A stretch of DNA of 64,000 bases from Epithemia pelagica (lineage: Eukaryota > Protista > Bacillariophyta): contig OX337237.1 in NCBI GenBank assembly GCA_946965045.2, positions 620,001 to 684,000 on the forward strand, given 5' to 3'. Shown here in pieces: positions 1-11,693 of this stretch (position 1 is its first letter; the number at the start of each line of letters is the position of its first letter). The position numbers were made by a program, and so were the translations under genes. The notes beneath the pieces were generated by a model. The model saw only the letters and a list, made by a program, of their open reading frames with translations, was not told the DNA's origin and did not search any database.

Positions 1-1129
1 GGTAGATTGTGCAATTTTGCGGATCTGTAAACATGATGGTGACACCGAGCACATCATGGTCACGGGCTTGCCAAATATCGTGGCAGCAAGTGACAAATGG
101 AACGTCTTGGGAACAGAGACGGTTGTATTCAGCTCTGGCCTTGCGGACGAGAGAGGCAACAACAAGGAAAAAGTTCTGATACGACGAGATCCGAATCTTC
201 GTGATCTGCCGCCGACTCATGATCTCAACACGGCTGCCCTTCAGCAAGCCGGCATTTTCCATGGCAAACTGGATCATTTTGCGAAACTGAGGTTTCTCGA
301 CTGTGATTGCTGGAAGGCAACAGTCGTTCACGAACCGGTATATCAGCGTTTGGAATTCGGATTGAGTTGCTGAATTTGTTGGGTGGTCCTTCCGGCAGTG
401 AGACATAGTAGATTGCTTATAAGGAGAAACCTTCCTCTCCTGGTCGGCATCAATGTCGAACTCTTTATGCTTCTTGTCACAGTGCTGTGAAATGTTGGAT
501 GGGCGGAGGGAACCACAAAGAACAACTGATTCTGAAAGTGTCTTCTTATCATCTCGGAAACAGATGGGGCAAATGATACATTTCCGACAGACTTCTCCAA
601 AACGCTCTTTTGAAAGTTCAGCGTGTTTGGCTGGAGGGGCATCGAGTGGGACAGGGTTTTCCCCAACCTTGACAAAGGCTTTGAGTTGGTTGATAATTTT
701 GCGCATGCCAGCAAACTCGTAATAATTATGCTCCACTCCAATGATGTTGTTCTCAAGCAATGCCCAATCGATGTGTACTGCAAAATCCCACCACTTGGAA
801 TGATTCGGAAAGGACAAGAAATAGGGATGAACAGTGTCAAGAAGAGGAACCATCTCTTTCTCGTTCTTAGCGGCAGTGTCGACAGCTCCTTCGATTTGTG
901 CAAAGTTAGCGTCGACTTTTGCTTGTTGTTTTTTCAATGCCGAGGGTTTGCGTTGTAAGGGAGATTTCTTCTTCGGATTTGTAGAGGGCGGAGGTTTCTT
1001 CTTGGATGACGGAGTCTTGTTGGATTTAGGAGTCTTTTTCTTCGGTTTGGGAGTTCGCTTTTTAGATGATGAAGAAGGTAAAGGGGCTTCATCCCCTTTT
1101 GATGGAGATTCTCCCGGATCGTCCGGCAT
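1..1129 (-). CDS. hAT-superfamily DDE transposase, N-terminal part (ORF runs off the left edge; absent from the ORF track)
   Basis: Hand translation from ATG at 1129 is open to base 1: K/P-rich N-terminus, BED-like C..C...H...H (CPICF...SNISQHCDKKH), the hAT motif FVNDCCLPAITVEKPQFRKMI, then CCHDIW (first catalytic Asp) followed by VLGVTIMFTD. Confidence 0.88.
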   Translation of the reverse strand, partial: MPDDPGESPSKGDEAPLPSSSSKKRTPKPKKKTPKSNKTPSSKKKPPPSTNPKKKSPLQRKPSALKKQQAKVDANFAQIEGAVDTAAKNEKEMVPLLDTVHPYFLSFPNHSKWWDFAVHIDWALLENNIIGVEHNYYEFAGMRKIINQLKAFVKVGENPVPLDAPPAKHAELSKERFGEVCRKCIICPICFRDDKKTLSESVVLCGSLRPSNISQHCDKKHKEFDIDADQERKVSPYKQSTMSHCRKDHPTNSATQSEFQTLIYRFVNDCCLPAITVEKPQFRKMIQFAMENAGLLKGSRVEIMSRRQITKIRISSYQNFFLVVASLVRKARAEYNRLCSQDVPFVTCCHDIWQARDHDVLGVTIMFTDPQNCTIY

Positions 1130-1682
1130 GGTGAAACAATGAACAGTATCTCAAGAATAACAAAGGTATGTATGAAACTTGTTTGGTTGCTGTGTGTGAG
1201 AGGAGGAGAGGAGGAGGCGGTGAAACGATACCATGCTGTTACCAGAGGTGCTTATCCTCATCTGTTGCACGTGTGAGATTGGATTAATGGGGGAAAAGAA
1301 TGCGTGGGAAGATCGTGGAAAGTAGAAAGGGAGTGAGATGAGGATTTACTTTCTACTGAATGGTGGATAATACTTGACAGTGGTGCTTGACTTTCGTACT
1401 TTGTGTTGCCAGCATGGGTGGTGGTGAGTTACTATGTTACTTATAGTCAGTCGTCAGCGATGGTGGTGCTTTACTTGATTACTTTATGACGTGGTGTAAA
1501 GTGGGGGGTACTTTAATTATGTACTTTGCGATAACGCAGTAGGAGAGGAGTAATGTACTTCGTGTAGTAAAGTAATGATCGAGTGAGATGGTTACTTTAC
1601 TTCGGGAAGTAGAAGTAAGGTAAAGTATAGTATAAAAGTATGGTACTTTGCAAAAAAGGGTACTTTTTACTTCACAACTCTG
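1..1682 (-). mobile_element. 5' end of a hAT DNA transposon
   Basis: Transposase ORF, a TACT/AGTA- and GGTGGTG-rich subterminal zone (about 1340-1670) and an abrupt end reading CAGAGTTGTGAAGTAA on the minus strand from 1682. The other end is outside the window, so the TSD cannot be checked. Confidence 0.7.
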
Positions 1683-1997
1683 GTTGTGTGCGTTGTTGTT
1701 GTTGCCAAAAAGATTCGCCAAACGCTGATCTCTCTTTTCCACAAGAAAGAGATTTTCATTTTCGTGTTTTTGCGTTTTTGATGAAAATTTCTGGTCAAAA
1801 TGAAAATGATCACGCCGGCCTTCTGTGTCACCCTTTTGAAATCTTGTGAGCAGACGTGCGCGCTTTGACCGTTGGTCTTCTCGTTCGTCCTCACTTTCCC
1901 CTGCCAATCCACACAATTTTTTCTCGTCTTCTTCTCTTCTCCCTCTTTCTAATGGACAATGGACATGCACCATGACCATGCATTCTCTATCATGCAT
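1683..1997 (-). pseudogene. Possible host ORF 5' part interrupted by the hAT insertion
   Basis: ATG at 1997 opens a charged reading frame (…EDEREDQRSKRARLL…NNNNAHN) that runs directly into the putative TIR. No family recognised. Confidence 0.25.
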
Positions 1998-2371
1998 ACC
2001 ACTGACATGTTTGACATGAATAGACCATAGATAGAGTTTGGCTGTGCCCTAGCCTCCTTTTTCTAGTGCTTCTTTCTCCTGTAGTTCTCGGTTTAAAAGC
2101 ACACCCTCATCCACAACACCTTGTCTATGCCGTAGGCATGTCTCTTTGCAAGCAATTGTGACCTTGAGCTAAAACTACACCCTACACCCCTATGTGGAAT
2201 GACTCTCTTCGTGCTTTTGTTATGGAGCATGCAGAGTCCCAAATGCTGCTCAGAAACACCAGCATGCTCCGGGCAAAAAAAAACAAGAGGAGCAAGTCGA
2301 CAACACAAGCAACTGAAGACTCAATCTGAGCAACAGATGATTTGCACCACTAATTCTATCTCACTGAGCTC

Positions 2372-3367
2372 TAACGCCAATCGTAAGCGAGTAGTGTATA
2401 GCTGTCTCCCATATATGGGAGACAGCTATGCACTACTCCCTTAACTTTGACTTTCATTAACTTCATCAAAAACCAAAGTCTGTATCTTGAAATTCTGAAT
2501 AACTTCATATATGATAGTCTACAGTAAATACACAGTCATTAGCGTGACATTTCGCTTTGAAAAATTGGTGATTTTCCTCTTTTTTGATCATTTACATCTT
2601 CCATCGGCTGAGCGCCAACTTTAGTACCCTTTAGATATGCGACATCTGCACCGATTGTTGCAGGACTCTCCATTCTGGAGGTCTATATGGCAAAGAAGGC
2701 CTTGACCAAAGGAAATGTCCTCCCGACCCTTCCCTGTGGAAAATGACGACCGTGAGTCGGCGCAACTGGATTCGTCGCAATGGCTCATCAATCCACATGC
2801 CGAGCAACCTGTCCAAGATATCGATCTCAGATACCAAGCGACCCGTTCAAGGTGCTACCAACCTTGCACCTGAAGCCAGTACAACAGTACCAGAGGAAGC
2901 TGATGATGAGGCGGCAGATATACACAAGGAAGAGGAGAAGGACTGTCGACGACGGCAATATGGAAGAGGATGAGAACAACACAAAAGACAGCAACGACAA
3001 TGGCAAGGACGACGAAACAACGGAAAGCTCTTGATTATCAGAACAACTGTAGATAGGAATGAACAGATATTTGTTAATGTGAAGAGTTATTTTGTTGACT
3101 TCTCGTAGCACTACATCACGGTCGCTACATCATGGTCACAACATCATGGACTAGGTGCCAACATCATGGACTAGGTGACACTTGTATGATGGGAGGGGGC
3201 CATTGTCATTCCATGTGACTTGTGTTTTAAGCTTAAAACAATCTGTGTTAAGGCCGACTTACGGGAGACTGCCTATGCGAGCAGCTGGCTGATTCCCATA
3301 AAATTTATGGGAGACAGCTATATACTATTCCGATAAGCTTAAAACCCGTTCTTTACGATTGGCGTTA
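2372..3367. mobile_element. MITE-like element with inverted ends and subterminal hairpins
   Basis: TAACGCCAATCGTAA (2372-2386) is inverted at 3353-3367. A second inverted block, TATAGCTGTCTCCCATA, is found near both ends. The outer TA may be a TSD. Internal 20-bp tandem near 3140-3180. Confidence 0.65.
2389..2438. repeat. 50-bp near-perfect palindrome
   Basis: GAGTAGTGTATAGCTGTCTCCCATA|TATGGGAGACAGCTATGCACTACTC, one mismatch. Confidence 0.9.
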
Positions 3368-3796
3368 AAACTCTATAGAATACTAAAAGAATCCTACAAT
3401 TGATTTTAGCTGCCGCCCATTGTATGGACCAAAAATGGATGTTATACGGCACAAACACATGGCACTATGGCAAAGAAGTGAGAGAACCTATCCCAAACCA
3501 TTGTCCAATTCCAATGCAGGGGTTAAGCTATGTGGAACGTACCATGCTGACAAAGATGAGATGCTCAATGCTCAGTGATGAAGCATGAGGCCGTTTTGGT
3601 GTTGTTGTTGGTTTGGTCGTTGCCCCATTTTGTTTTCTGCGTGGGTTTTGTGGCCTCCGGACCGGACCGGACATTCTTTCGAGTCTTGTTCAGCAGAACG
3701 CCTGCCAACTTCCAACTGCCATATCACGCAAGCCTTTCCAGAGGGATGTGAAATTTTTTTCTAGACAAGCTGGAGTTTTTGGTGAGCGGGACAGAC

Positions 3797-4369
3797 CAAG
3801 GTTGCTACTACGTCACGTCACGGGCCACAACCGTGACGTGACGCCGTCAAATAGTGACGGGAATATGTCCCCGTCAGGTTTTTCCCGTCACTTTCGTCAA
3901 TTTTGGGATATTGATAAGACAAAAGGGATGTATGATAGAAATATGATGTTTTGACTGTATGTATCATGATTAATGGTCTCTGATGTCTGTAAATGGTGCC
4001 TGAAGTGGACGGAAGCTCCACTTCGTCTCCTTTTCCAAGGATGAATCCCCAAAGTTTGTCCTTGTCCCGTCACAGTAGTGGTTCTGACATCCAACCACGG
4101 TAAGTCAACATCGATCATGCACACATAATAGTTATGACCATGCATGATCATCAATGGTTGATTGTTGCTCATTCCTTGGATCACTTTGGATGCCATTTTT
4201 GTGCGTTTCTCGACGTATCTGTTTGTCTACAAAAGATTTTTTTGTTTCCCGTCAATTTTTTTTCATTCCCGTCATTCGTCACAGCCTGATGGCCTGACGT
4301 GACGTCGTCAATTTTACGTCACGTCACGTGACGTGCGTCAATTGTGACGTCGTCACAGTAGCATCCTTG
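3797..4369. mobile_element. Non-autonomous TIR element (hAT-like MITE, 573 bp)
   Basis: Ends CAAGGTTGCTACT and AGTAGCATCCTTG; flanking direct repeat GACAGAC (3790-3796, 4370-4376); dense GTCAC/GTGAC/TGACG subterminal repeats at both ends. Confidence 0.85.
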
Positions 4370-5170
4370 GACAGACCATGAAAGAGTTGACAGGCAGACC
4401 ACTGGTGCCAAAAAACTGGGTGTGGTTATTCGGGAGTAGAGAGAGAGAGTTTGGAGGAGGGTGTGCCAACTCTATAGTACCCTCGGTATAGGTGACCACC
4501 TATAGTCGTATGTACGTCGTCCGCAAACTGTCCCCCCAATGGAGATTTTTTTCTCGATTCAATTCCTATTTTCCATAAAAAATCAGAAAGGACACGCCGG
4601 CATATCCTTGTCACATTTCAAATCAGTTTGAGCGGCCCAGCGTGCATGACGGTTGCCGTTGGTGGTTGGTGCACGAATTCCGCATACACTCTATAAAAAA
4701 ACAAACAAACCTCCATTACAGCGGCCATGTCCATGGCAATTCTTGCAATGGCATGATTTTTCAGCTTCCATGCTACCCAGGTACGTCAAGAAAGACAGAG
4801 CTGCGATTGGGCTAAGGACAAGCATCTCAATAGTCCCTCCCTGTTGTTTTTGTTTGCATACACCCCTTGAGCCCCATTTTCTGGACTCGTTGCGACGTCT
4901 CACTTTTCACCAGTCCAATTGCGCTTGTAGTCTTTATGATTGATTCATTTGTAGCCCTTTTACTCTGATACTAGTCTAGGTAGAATTCCTGTTCTATATT
5001 TTATCTTAGGGGTAAATATCAAGGTCAATGGTGGTGTCCTGCTCTACCAGGGATTCTCTTGTCTTTATTCTTCTCCTTCTCCTCGTCTTCACCTTGAAGA
5101 AGATACAGCAAACACTAAGAATTTGTCTCAGCGACCATTAGCCTAGAAAGAAAGTGGTGACAATCAGCCT

Positions 5171-5973
5171 CAGGGTTGGTCTTAACAAGCGTGAAATTTC
5201 ACATGTTTCACACTAAAACACCTTCGGTTTGTCACAGTTTTTAGACGTGAAATCCTAGGGTCTAAACGATGTGAAATGTTTTCACACCGACCCTCCCACC
5301 ACTCCCCGTACAGCGGTGCCACTGCCGTAGCAAAACCATTTTCATGAATCAAGATGCAGGGACAAGGGAACCTTTTTGTCCATCATTGTAGGACTAATAT
5401 CTCCTTCTTCCTGCTAGGAAAGGACAAACTAGTATGACTACTCAAGGGATTTTTCTTTGCACATAGAATTGTTAATGTAGGAGTTGCAGTATAGATCAAG
5501 TGCTGGGGAACTGCTGTGGCATGGGTGAAGTTGCCATCCTGTGCATAGGAGGGCGGAAAGACTGTCGTGGTCGTTGTTGTGGGAGGTGAAGGGTGAAGTG
5601 TGGACTTCCTAAAGGTGTCTCTCCCTCGTTCCTCTTTGTTGTTTTTTTCATCCTGTTGGTCCTTTGGTCCTCTGAGGCCCATCATTCTGGAAAGGTGCAG
5701 GAGGAGGGTCCGTCATCGTGGACGATTGTGTTTGATTGTTGTTTGGAATCGTACGAGCGTTTCGGATTTCGATGGTCGGTGTTCGGCATAGTCTAGAGAA
5801 TCCCAAACTTTCTCTCTCCTAGAACCCATAGACCTCTGTGTGAAATATTGTTCGATGTGAAAAGAGCCCTGGAGAGCAGATTTGTGAATTTCATCAAATT
5901 TCACAGCAACGTCAGGCCACGTAGGCAGAAAGTGTGAAATGTGTGAAATTTCACGCTTGTTAAGACCAGCCCT
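5171..5973. mobile_element. Non-autonomous TIR element (about 800 bp, CAGGG-type ends)
   Basis: About 43-bp imperfect TIR, AGGG(T/C)TGGTCTTAACAAGCGTGAAATTTCACA..TTTCACACT, at both ends; GTGAAA/TTTCAC subterminal repeats; no TSD found. Confidence 0.75.
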
Positions 5974-6780
5974 CATGATGTAGTTTGCCATCTACAACTT
6001 GGATTAGAGTAAGAAACCAAATCGTCCCCTACCTAGTAGACAACTCGAACCATGGATGTGACATGCCCTACAAATGAGAAAATGGGCGAAAACACTACCA
6101 ATCTATCAATCCTAAGAAGAAACAGAAGGCACAAACAACAACTGAAGGAAAGACGCGCTCTGTCTACAGTCTACAATGATTCGTCCGCGGTTCATGTGCC
6201 ATGGCCGATAGTCTTACCGGTACCGTGATAGGGCCCTTCAGATTTTGCTCTCACGGTTTTTATGTGAGCTATGAGCTATCGCTCGCGAGCGTCTGGAATT
6301 TGAATCGTGTTGATCAGAGGACGCCCGCCAACCTTCAACTGTCACTTGCACGCCGGCCATTCTACATGACGATTTGCTTTTGGGAGATTTTATGGGGGAG
6401 AAGGACAGAGTTCTGTGCGGACGACGTACGTACGGTTTGTAGGTGGTCACCGATACAGAGCCTACACACACAGTCTCGTTGTTTTGTCTGTGTGTGGTGG
6501 TGGAGTGGCCTGCCGCTGTCATCTTTTGGTTGGAGTGTCGTCGTTTGGGTTGGCAAACTGGAACACACACAGTTGTCTTGGTTCCAGAAACAACAACAAG
6601 AAAGAAAACAACCAGACATATAACAAACAAACGCACTTTTGCACACTATAGTGGTGTAGAGTCGACGTTTGGGAGTTTTTCCTTGTTTTAGAGAGAGTCT
6701 GTTCCATTCTAAAATTCAATTTACCAACAACCGAAACACACACACACGCACCAAGTACAACACAAGAAGAAATACAAACC

Positions 6781-8286
6781 ATGGTACCTCCGTCCGCCAA
6801 TATGCTTCCGGACCATACAGTCGCCAATCATCATCATCCTCCTGGTGCGGCTGCTGCTCCCCTGTCCCCTCCCCCCAATCCATTGGCTGCCGCTTCGGAA
6901 CCAGTGGATCATCCCAATCCTCATAATAATCCAATTGCGACGGCATCATCTCCTCTGTTTCATGGCGGCAAACAACTCTTGTTGGCCCCTCCTCCGTCGC
7001 ACTTGATGCTGGATGCCTCGTCTTCGTATCATAATCCTCATGCGGCGCACGACAGTGCTCCGTCCCCCTTGCCGGCCCAACATCACCACCAACACCATGC
7101 GGCACTTCACAATCACTTGTCGGAAGCCGATATTCACGAGTTGCTCGGTGGTGTCTGGGATACCGAAACCACCACCCAGCAGCAACCGCCGGTTGCTCCT
7201 CCTTCCACGGCTGCAGTTGCTCCAGCCGCAGCAGCGTCCTTGCAGCATCCTGCTGCTGCTGCTCCTACCACAACCACTACGACGGTATCCAACGACTCGA
7301 CTGTCATTCCCGAAGACTGCAAAGTCTTGGCACGATCGGAACGCAAACGATCGCGAGAAAAACAACGCCGATCCGATGTCAATCGACAATTTTCCGAATT
7401 GATTCAAGTCTTGCGGCAAGTCGAAGCCAATAGTTTGGTGCATCAACAGCATCAACAAGAACAACAAGAACAACCCGAAGATGCGAATGGCACGGCTACG
7501 AGTACGAGCAATGGTGCTGCTGCTGCACCAACAACCGCAGCCACTACCAGTTCGTCCAGTAGTTTGACGGCCACGACAAGTAGTATTGCGACACCGTCCA
7601 ATCGAGCCGATTTGATTGCGCGGACCATTCAAGTGTTGCAAAGTTTGGATCAGGAACGGACTCGGTCGCGACACGAAACCCGAACCCTTCAAACCAAGTT
7701 GAAGATGGCGCAAAAGGCTGGGGAAGAAACGGCGGCCAAGCTCAAGGAAGCCATGATGACACCTGTTTCGGCCGGATCCAATCGAATGCTCATGATGGTC
7801 CCCATGATTGTCGGCGGAAATCAAGCACCGACGACGACGGCAGCGACTGGTACGACTCCCACACCGACAACCACTGCCAGTGACACGACGACGACGAGTG
7901 GTACAGCGACAGCTTCCACGGCTGCTCCTCCCAATGCTGCCATGCCCATGATGCATCCCGGAATGATGATGCCCTTTGCGGCTCCCGAAGGAATGGCACA
8001 TCACCCCCACATGTCCACGGCCATGCCCTGGATGATGCCCCATCCGGCGGCATCGGCGGCTCCGTGGGGCATGATGCCCTTTGCGGCTCCACAAGCGACC
8101 ACCACGACCACGCCTACCAACCCTGCTACGACCGCACCGGCTCCGGTCGGGACCAGCACCACCCCGGCCACCACGACGACGACGACGACGTCGACCACAC
8201 CGTCGGCCGAAGGCAATGTCAAACCTCCGCCTCATGATGGCTCGGGTGGATCCTCCTCCTTGAGCAATTTGGCGCATTGTGCCTAA
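6781..8286 (+). CDS. bHLH transcription factor (paralogue 1)
   Basis: Basic helix RSERKRSREKQRRSDVNRQFSELIQVL, a long low-complexity loop, helix 2 NRADLIARTIQVL, then a coiled coil and an M/P-rich tail. Confidence 0.9.
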   Translation: MVPPSANMLPDHTVANHHHPPGAAAAPLSPPPNPLAAASEPVDHPNPHNNPIATASSPLFHGGKQLLLAPPPSHLMLDASSSYHNPHAAHDSAPSPLPAQHHHQHHAALHNHLSEADIHELLGGVWDTETTTQQQPPVAPPSTAAVAPAAAASLQHPAAAAPTTTTTTVSNDSTVIPEDCKVLARSERKRSREKQRRSDVNRQFSELIQVLRQVEANSLVHQQHQQEQQEQPEDANGTATSTSNGAAAAPTTAATTSSSSSLTATTSSIATPSNRADLIARTIQVLQSLDQERTRSRHETRTLQTKLKMAQKAGEETAAKLKEAMMTPVSAGSNRMLMMVPMIVGGNQAPTTTAATGTTPTPTTTASDTTTTSGTATASTAAPPNAAMPMMHPGMMMPFAAPEGMAHHPHMSTAMPWMMPHPAASAAPWGMMPFAAPQATTTTTPTNPATTAPAPVGTSTTPATTTTTTTSTTPSAEGNVKPPPHDGSGGSSSLSNLAHCA

Positions 8287-9074
8287 TCGAGGGTGTCGTT
8301 GGAAGTCGGGACGTGAATGAGGAACTTTTTTGCTACAACAGCACCACAAGAACATCAATAGGGGACAACCACGAGGAGAAAAAGAACCAATTTTATTTTT
8401 TAATATATATTGCTACATAATTTGCATTTCTATCAAGAGTCTTCCAACATATCTCTTGTCTGTTGGTAGTCCTTCCCATCCTTCCATGTGTGTTTAACAC
8501 ACAATGGATCCAAAGAGCAACAAGAGGCGAATGCGTAGTCCATCCCCAAAACCGGAAACATCCAGTATCCATCCGTATCATGTCGTCGTCCATGTCATTT
8601 GAGTTGGAATACGACAAGAACGACCGATCCGTAGATATCGAGATATGGTCCATTGTACCACATTCCAAAGACCACCAACGCTCGCGATTGCTTTGTCAAG
8701 AGGGACATAGTTCTTCCTACCAAGGATCTTCTGGTAGATTCGTTTGGGATCGTACAGGGGATTTTGCGGGTGCATCCCCAACTCAAGACGTTTTGGAACG
8801 TCCAGTAATGTGTACGACGAACAAAAGAGAAAGGCTTTTGGTGATTTTCCAAGAAGCACCACCCTGGAAAGGCAAACCAGGAAGCACCACCCTGGAAAGG
8901 CAACAACAACGTCAGAGGGCAAGAGAATCCATCACCTCAACAAAGTAACCATAATATCAATAAATGGAAATGAAGGGTCTGCGATCCAGTGGATTGACTT
9001 GTACGAGGATCGGTCGTCTTTGGAACAGCTGTCCTTGTCACACACATGACAACCTAACCTCCTGTTGAACTTTT

Positions 9075-9716
9075 GTCAAACCAAAAAACAAGCCACCCAG
9101 TAATAGAGAGAGGCGAGTCTCTTCCTGTTCCAAGGGTTTGACAACCGTGTTCACAAGACAGCCTTTTGTCCTGCCTCCCACGTAAACTGGTATGGTGGCA
9201 CTCCTGGTTTCTTGTGTCACCTGGAACCAAACACAAAGTCCACATCGACGTCGTTTCTCTCTCCATGGTGTCGGTTGTGTTTGTTCTCGGTACCGCAGTT
9301 GGACAGCGCCGGCTGTGCCGTCGACACCATGACGACGACAGTGAGACACTGGAACCACAACACAACACAAGAGCGAGAAAATAACCTAGCACCACCACTT
9401 GCACCTCGTGATCCTTATCGTTGTTGTTGTCGTAGTTTTCTTGTTGCAGCAAGGCTCTTCCCCAACATGTTCTGGTATACGTATAGTTCTTTTGGGGCTT
9501 GTACACTACTTGATTGTTGTTCCAACTGTTGTCGTCGTCCTGGTCCTTCTTCTTCCAACGGTTGCGACCAGGGATCCTTGGAGGATGGAATGATTCTCCT
9601 GTTGTTGTTGCTGCTGCGGCGGTGTTGGTGTTGGTGGTTGTCACCTGGTGTGAGGGGCAAAACTCGAGGTCTACCGAAACAAAACAAGATAGATTGCGCA
9701 CCATGAGACCGAGCCG
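9075..9716 (-). pseudogene. Degenerate copy of the Ctr gene 3' end
   Basis: The reverse complement aligns by eye with about 12875-13370 (CTCGGTCTCATGGTG.GCAATC; GAGAATCATTCCATCCTCCA; GAAGAGCCTTGCTGCAAC). The 5' part of the gene is missing. Confidence 0.75.
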
Positions 9717-9785
9717 GGTGGTTACGAGGAGGTGTTGTTGTTGTAGCATGGAAGTTCTTCCAACTCCTCTCGTGCTGCCTAAAGA

Positions 9786-11261
9786 TTAGGCACAAGGCGC
9801 CAAATTGCTCAAGGAGGAAGATCCACCCGAGCCATCATGAGGCGGAGGTTTGGCATTGCCGTCCGTCGACGTTGGTGTGCTATTGGTGTTGGTAGTGGCC
9901 GGGTTCGTGCTGACCGGTACCGGAGCCGGTGCGGCCGTCGTAGAATTGGCAGTCGTCGTGGCTTGTGCTGGAGGCGCCGCAGCGGCAAAGGGCATCATGC
10001 CCCACGGAGCCGCGGACGCTGCTAAATGCGGCATCATCCACGGCATGGCTGTGGACATGGGATGTGCCGCCGCTGCCATTCCTTCGGGAGCCGCAAAGGG
10101 CATCATCATTCCGGGATGCATCATGGGCATAGCCGCCGCATTGGGAGGAGGAGCCGTCGTGGTAGCACCAGTAGTCGTCGGGTCACTGGCAGTCGCCGCC
10201 GGTGGGGTGGCACCAGTCGTCGTCGTAGGAGCACTTGTTGTTGCTTGAGTTCCGCCACCGACAATCATGGGGACCATCATGAGCATTCGATTGGCTCCGG
10301 CCGAAACAGGTGTCATCATGGCTTCCTTCAATTTGGCCGCCGTTTCTTCGCCCGCTTTTTGCGCCAGTTTCAACTTGGTTTGAAGGGTTCGGGTTTCGTG
10401 TCGCGACCGAGTCCGTTCCTGATCCAAAGTTTGCAATACTTGAATGGTCCGGGCAATCAAATCGGCTCGATTGGACGGTGTCGCAATACTACTCGTCGTC
10501 GCGGTCAAAGCAGACGATGACGAACTGGAAGCTGCGCTTGGAGCACCACCGCTGCTCGTCGTCGTACTGGCATTCACCGCAGCGGCTCCATCCTCGGGTT
10601 GTTCTTGTTGTTGTTGTTGTTGATGGACCAAACTATTGGCTTCGACTTGCCGCAAGACTTGAATCAATTCGGAAAATTGTCGATTGACATCGGATCGGCG
10701 TTGTTTTTCTCGAGATCGTTTGCGTTCCGATCGAGCCAAGACTTTGGATTCTTCCGGAATTGCTGCAGAGTCGTTGGGTTCCGTCGTATTGGTTATGGTA
10801 GGAGCAGGAGGAGGATGCTGCAAAGACGCTGCTGCGGCTGGAGCAACCGCAGCCGTGGTGGCAGGAGCCGCCGGTGGTGGCTGCGTCGTCGTCGTCGTCG
10901 TCGTGGTGGTTTCGGTATCCCACACACCACCAAGCAATTCGTGAATATCCGCTTCCGACAAGTGATTGTGAAGTGCTGGATGTTGGTGGTGGTGTGGCGC
11001 CGGCAAGGGTGACGGAGCCGTGTCGTGCGCATGAGGATTATTACACGAAGACGAGGTATCCAGCATGAGGTGAGAGGGAGGAGGGGCCAAGAAGAGTTGT
11101 TTGCCGCCATGAAACAGAGGAGACGATGCCGTCGTGATGGGATGATGATGATTGGGATGATCCACTGGTTCCGAAGCGGCAGCCAATGGATTGGGGGCAG
11201 TAGCAGGAGGATGATTTGCGACCGTATGGTCCGGAAGCATATTGGCGGGCTGAGGTACCAT
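9786..11261 (-). CDS. bHLH transcription factor (paralogue 2, inverted)
   Basis: Same bHLH core as 6781..8286 with indels in low-complexity tracts; 5' flanks are also homologous. Confidence 0.9.
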   Translation of the reverse strand: MVPQPANMLPDHTVANHPPATAPNPLAAASEPVDHPNHHHPITTASSPLFHGGKQLFLAPPPSHLMLDTSSSCNNPHAHDTAPSPLPAPHHHQHPALHNHLSEADIHELLGGVWDTETTTTTTTTTQPPPAAPATTAAVAPAAAASLQHPPPAPTITNTTEPNDSAAIPEESKVLARSERKRSREKQRRSDVNRQFSELIQVLRQVEANSLVHQQQQQQEQPEDGAAAVNASTTTSSGGAPSAASSSSSSALTATTSSIATPSNRADLIARTIQVLQTLDQERTRSRHETRTLQTKLKLAQKAGEETAAKLKEAMMTPVSAGANRMLMMVPMIVGGGTQATTSAPTTTTGATPPAATASDPTTTGATTTAPPPNAAAMPMMHPGMMMPFAAPEGMAAAAHPMSTAMPWMMPHLAASAAPWGMMPFAAAAPPAQATTTANSTTAAPAPVPVSTNPATTNTNSTPTSTDGNAKPPPHDGSGGSSSLSNLAPCA

Positions 11262-11693
11262 GGTTTGTCCGTTTTTTGTGTTGTATTGGGGGGTTTGTTT
11301 CTTTCGTTGGTTGATATGAATTAGAATGGAACGGACTCTCTATAAACAAAGGCAAAATCGGTCACAAAGCCTCTTGTTGTTGTTGTTGTTGTTTCTGGAA
11401 CCACGACGACTTTCCAATCGATCAGCGTTTGCCCAAAATAAAAACAATCCAACCAAAGATGACACAGCGGCGTCACTTTACACAAGAATAGACAGCAAGA
11501 CCGTGTATCGACCCTCCTCCAAACAAACTCTGTCTCTTTGTCCTTGCTGTTGAATCTCGTTTGAGAAAGACAAAAGTTTCTTCGGCGAATCTCTTGTTGA
11601 CCAAAACTCTACACCAAAGGCTAAACGCTAGAAACGAGGTGTTGAGGCTGCGGCTGCGAGACGATGAGGCCAAAAGATGCTGCCGTCTGCGCC

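Noticed and set aside
6946-8358. 470-aa antisense ORF and similar overlapping ORFs on both bHLH genes, the E2, Macro and TPR genes
   Set aside because: Shadow frames of GC-rich, low-complexity coding strands; no motifs.
8463-8948. 161-aa ORF with a 28-bp tandem repeat at 8853-8903
   Set aside because: Non-ATG start, no motif and no paralogue to support coding.
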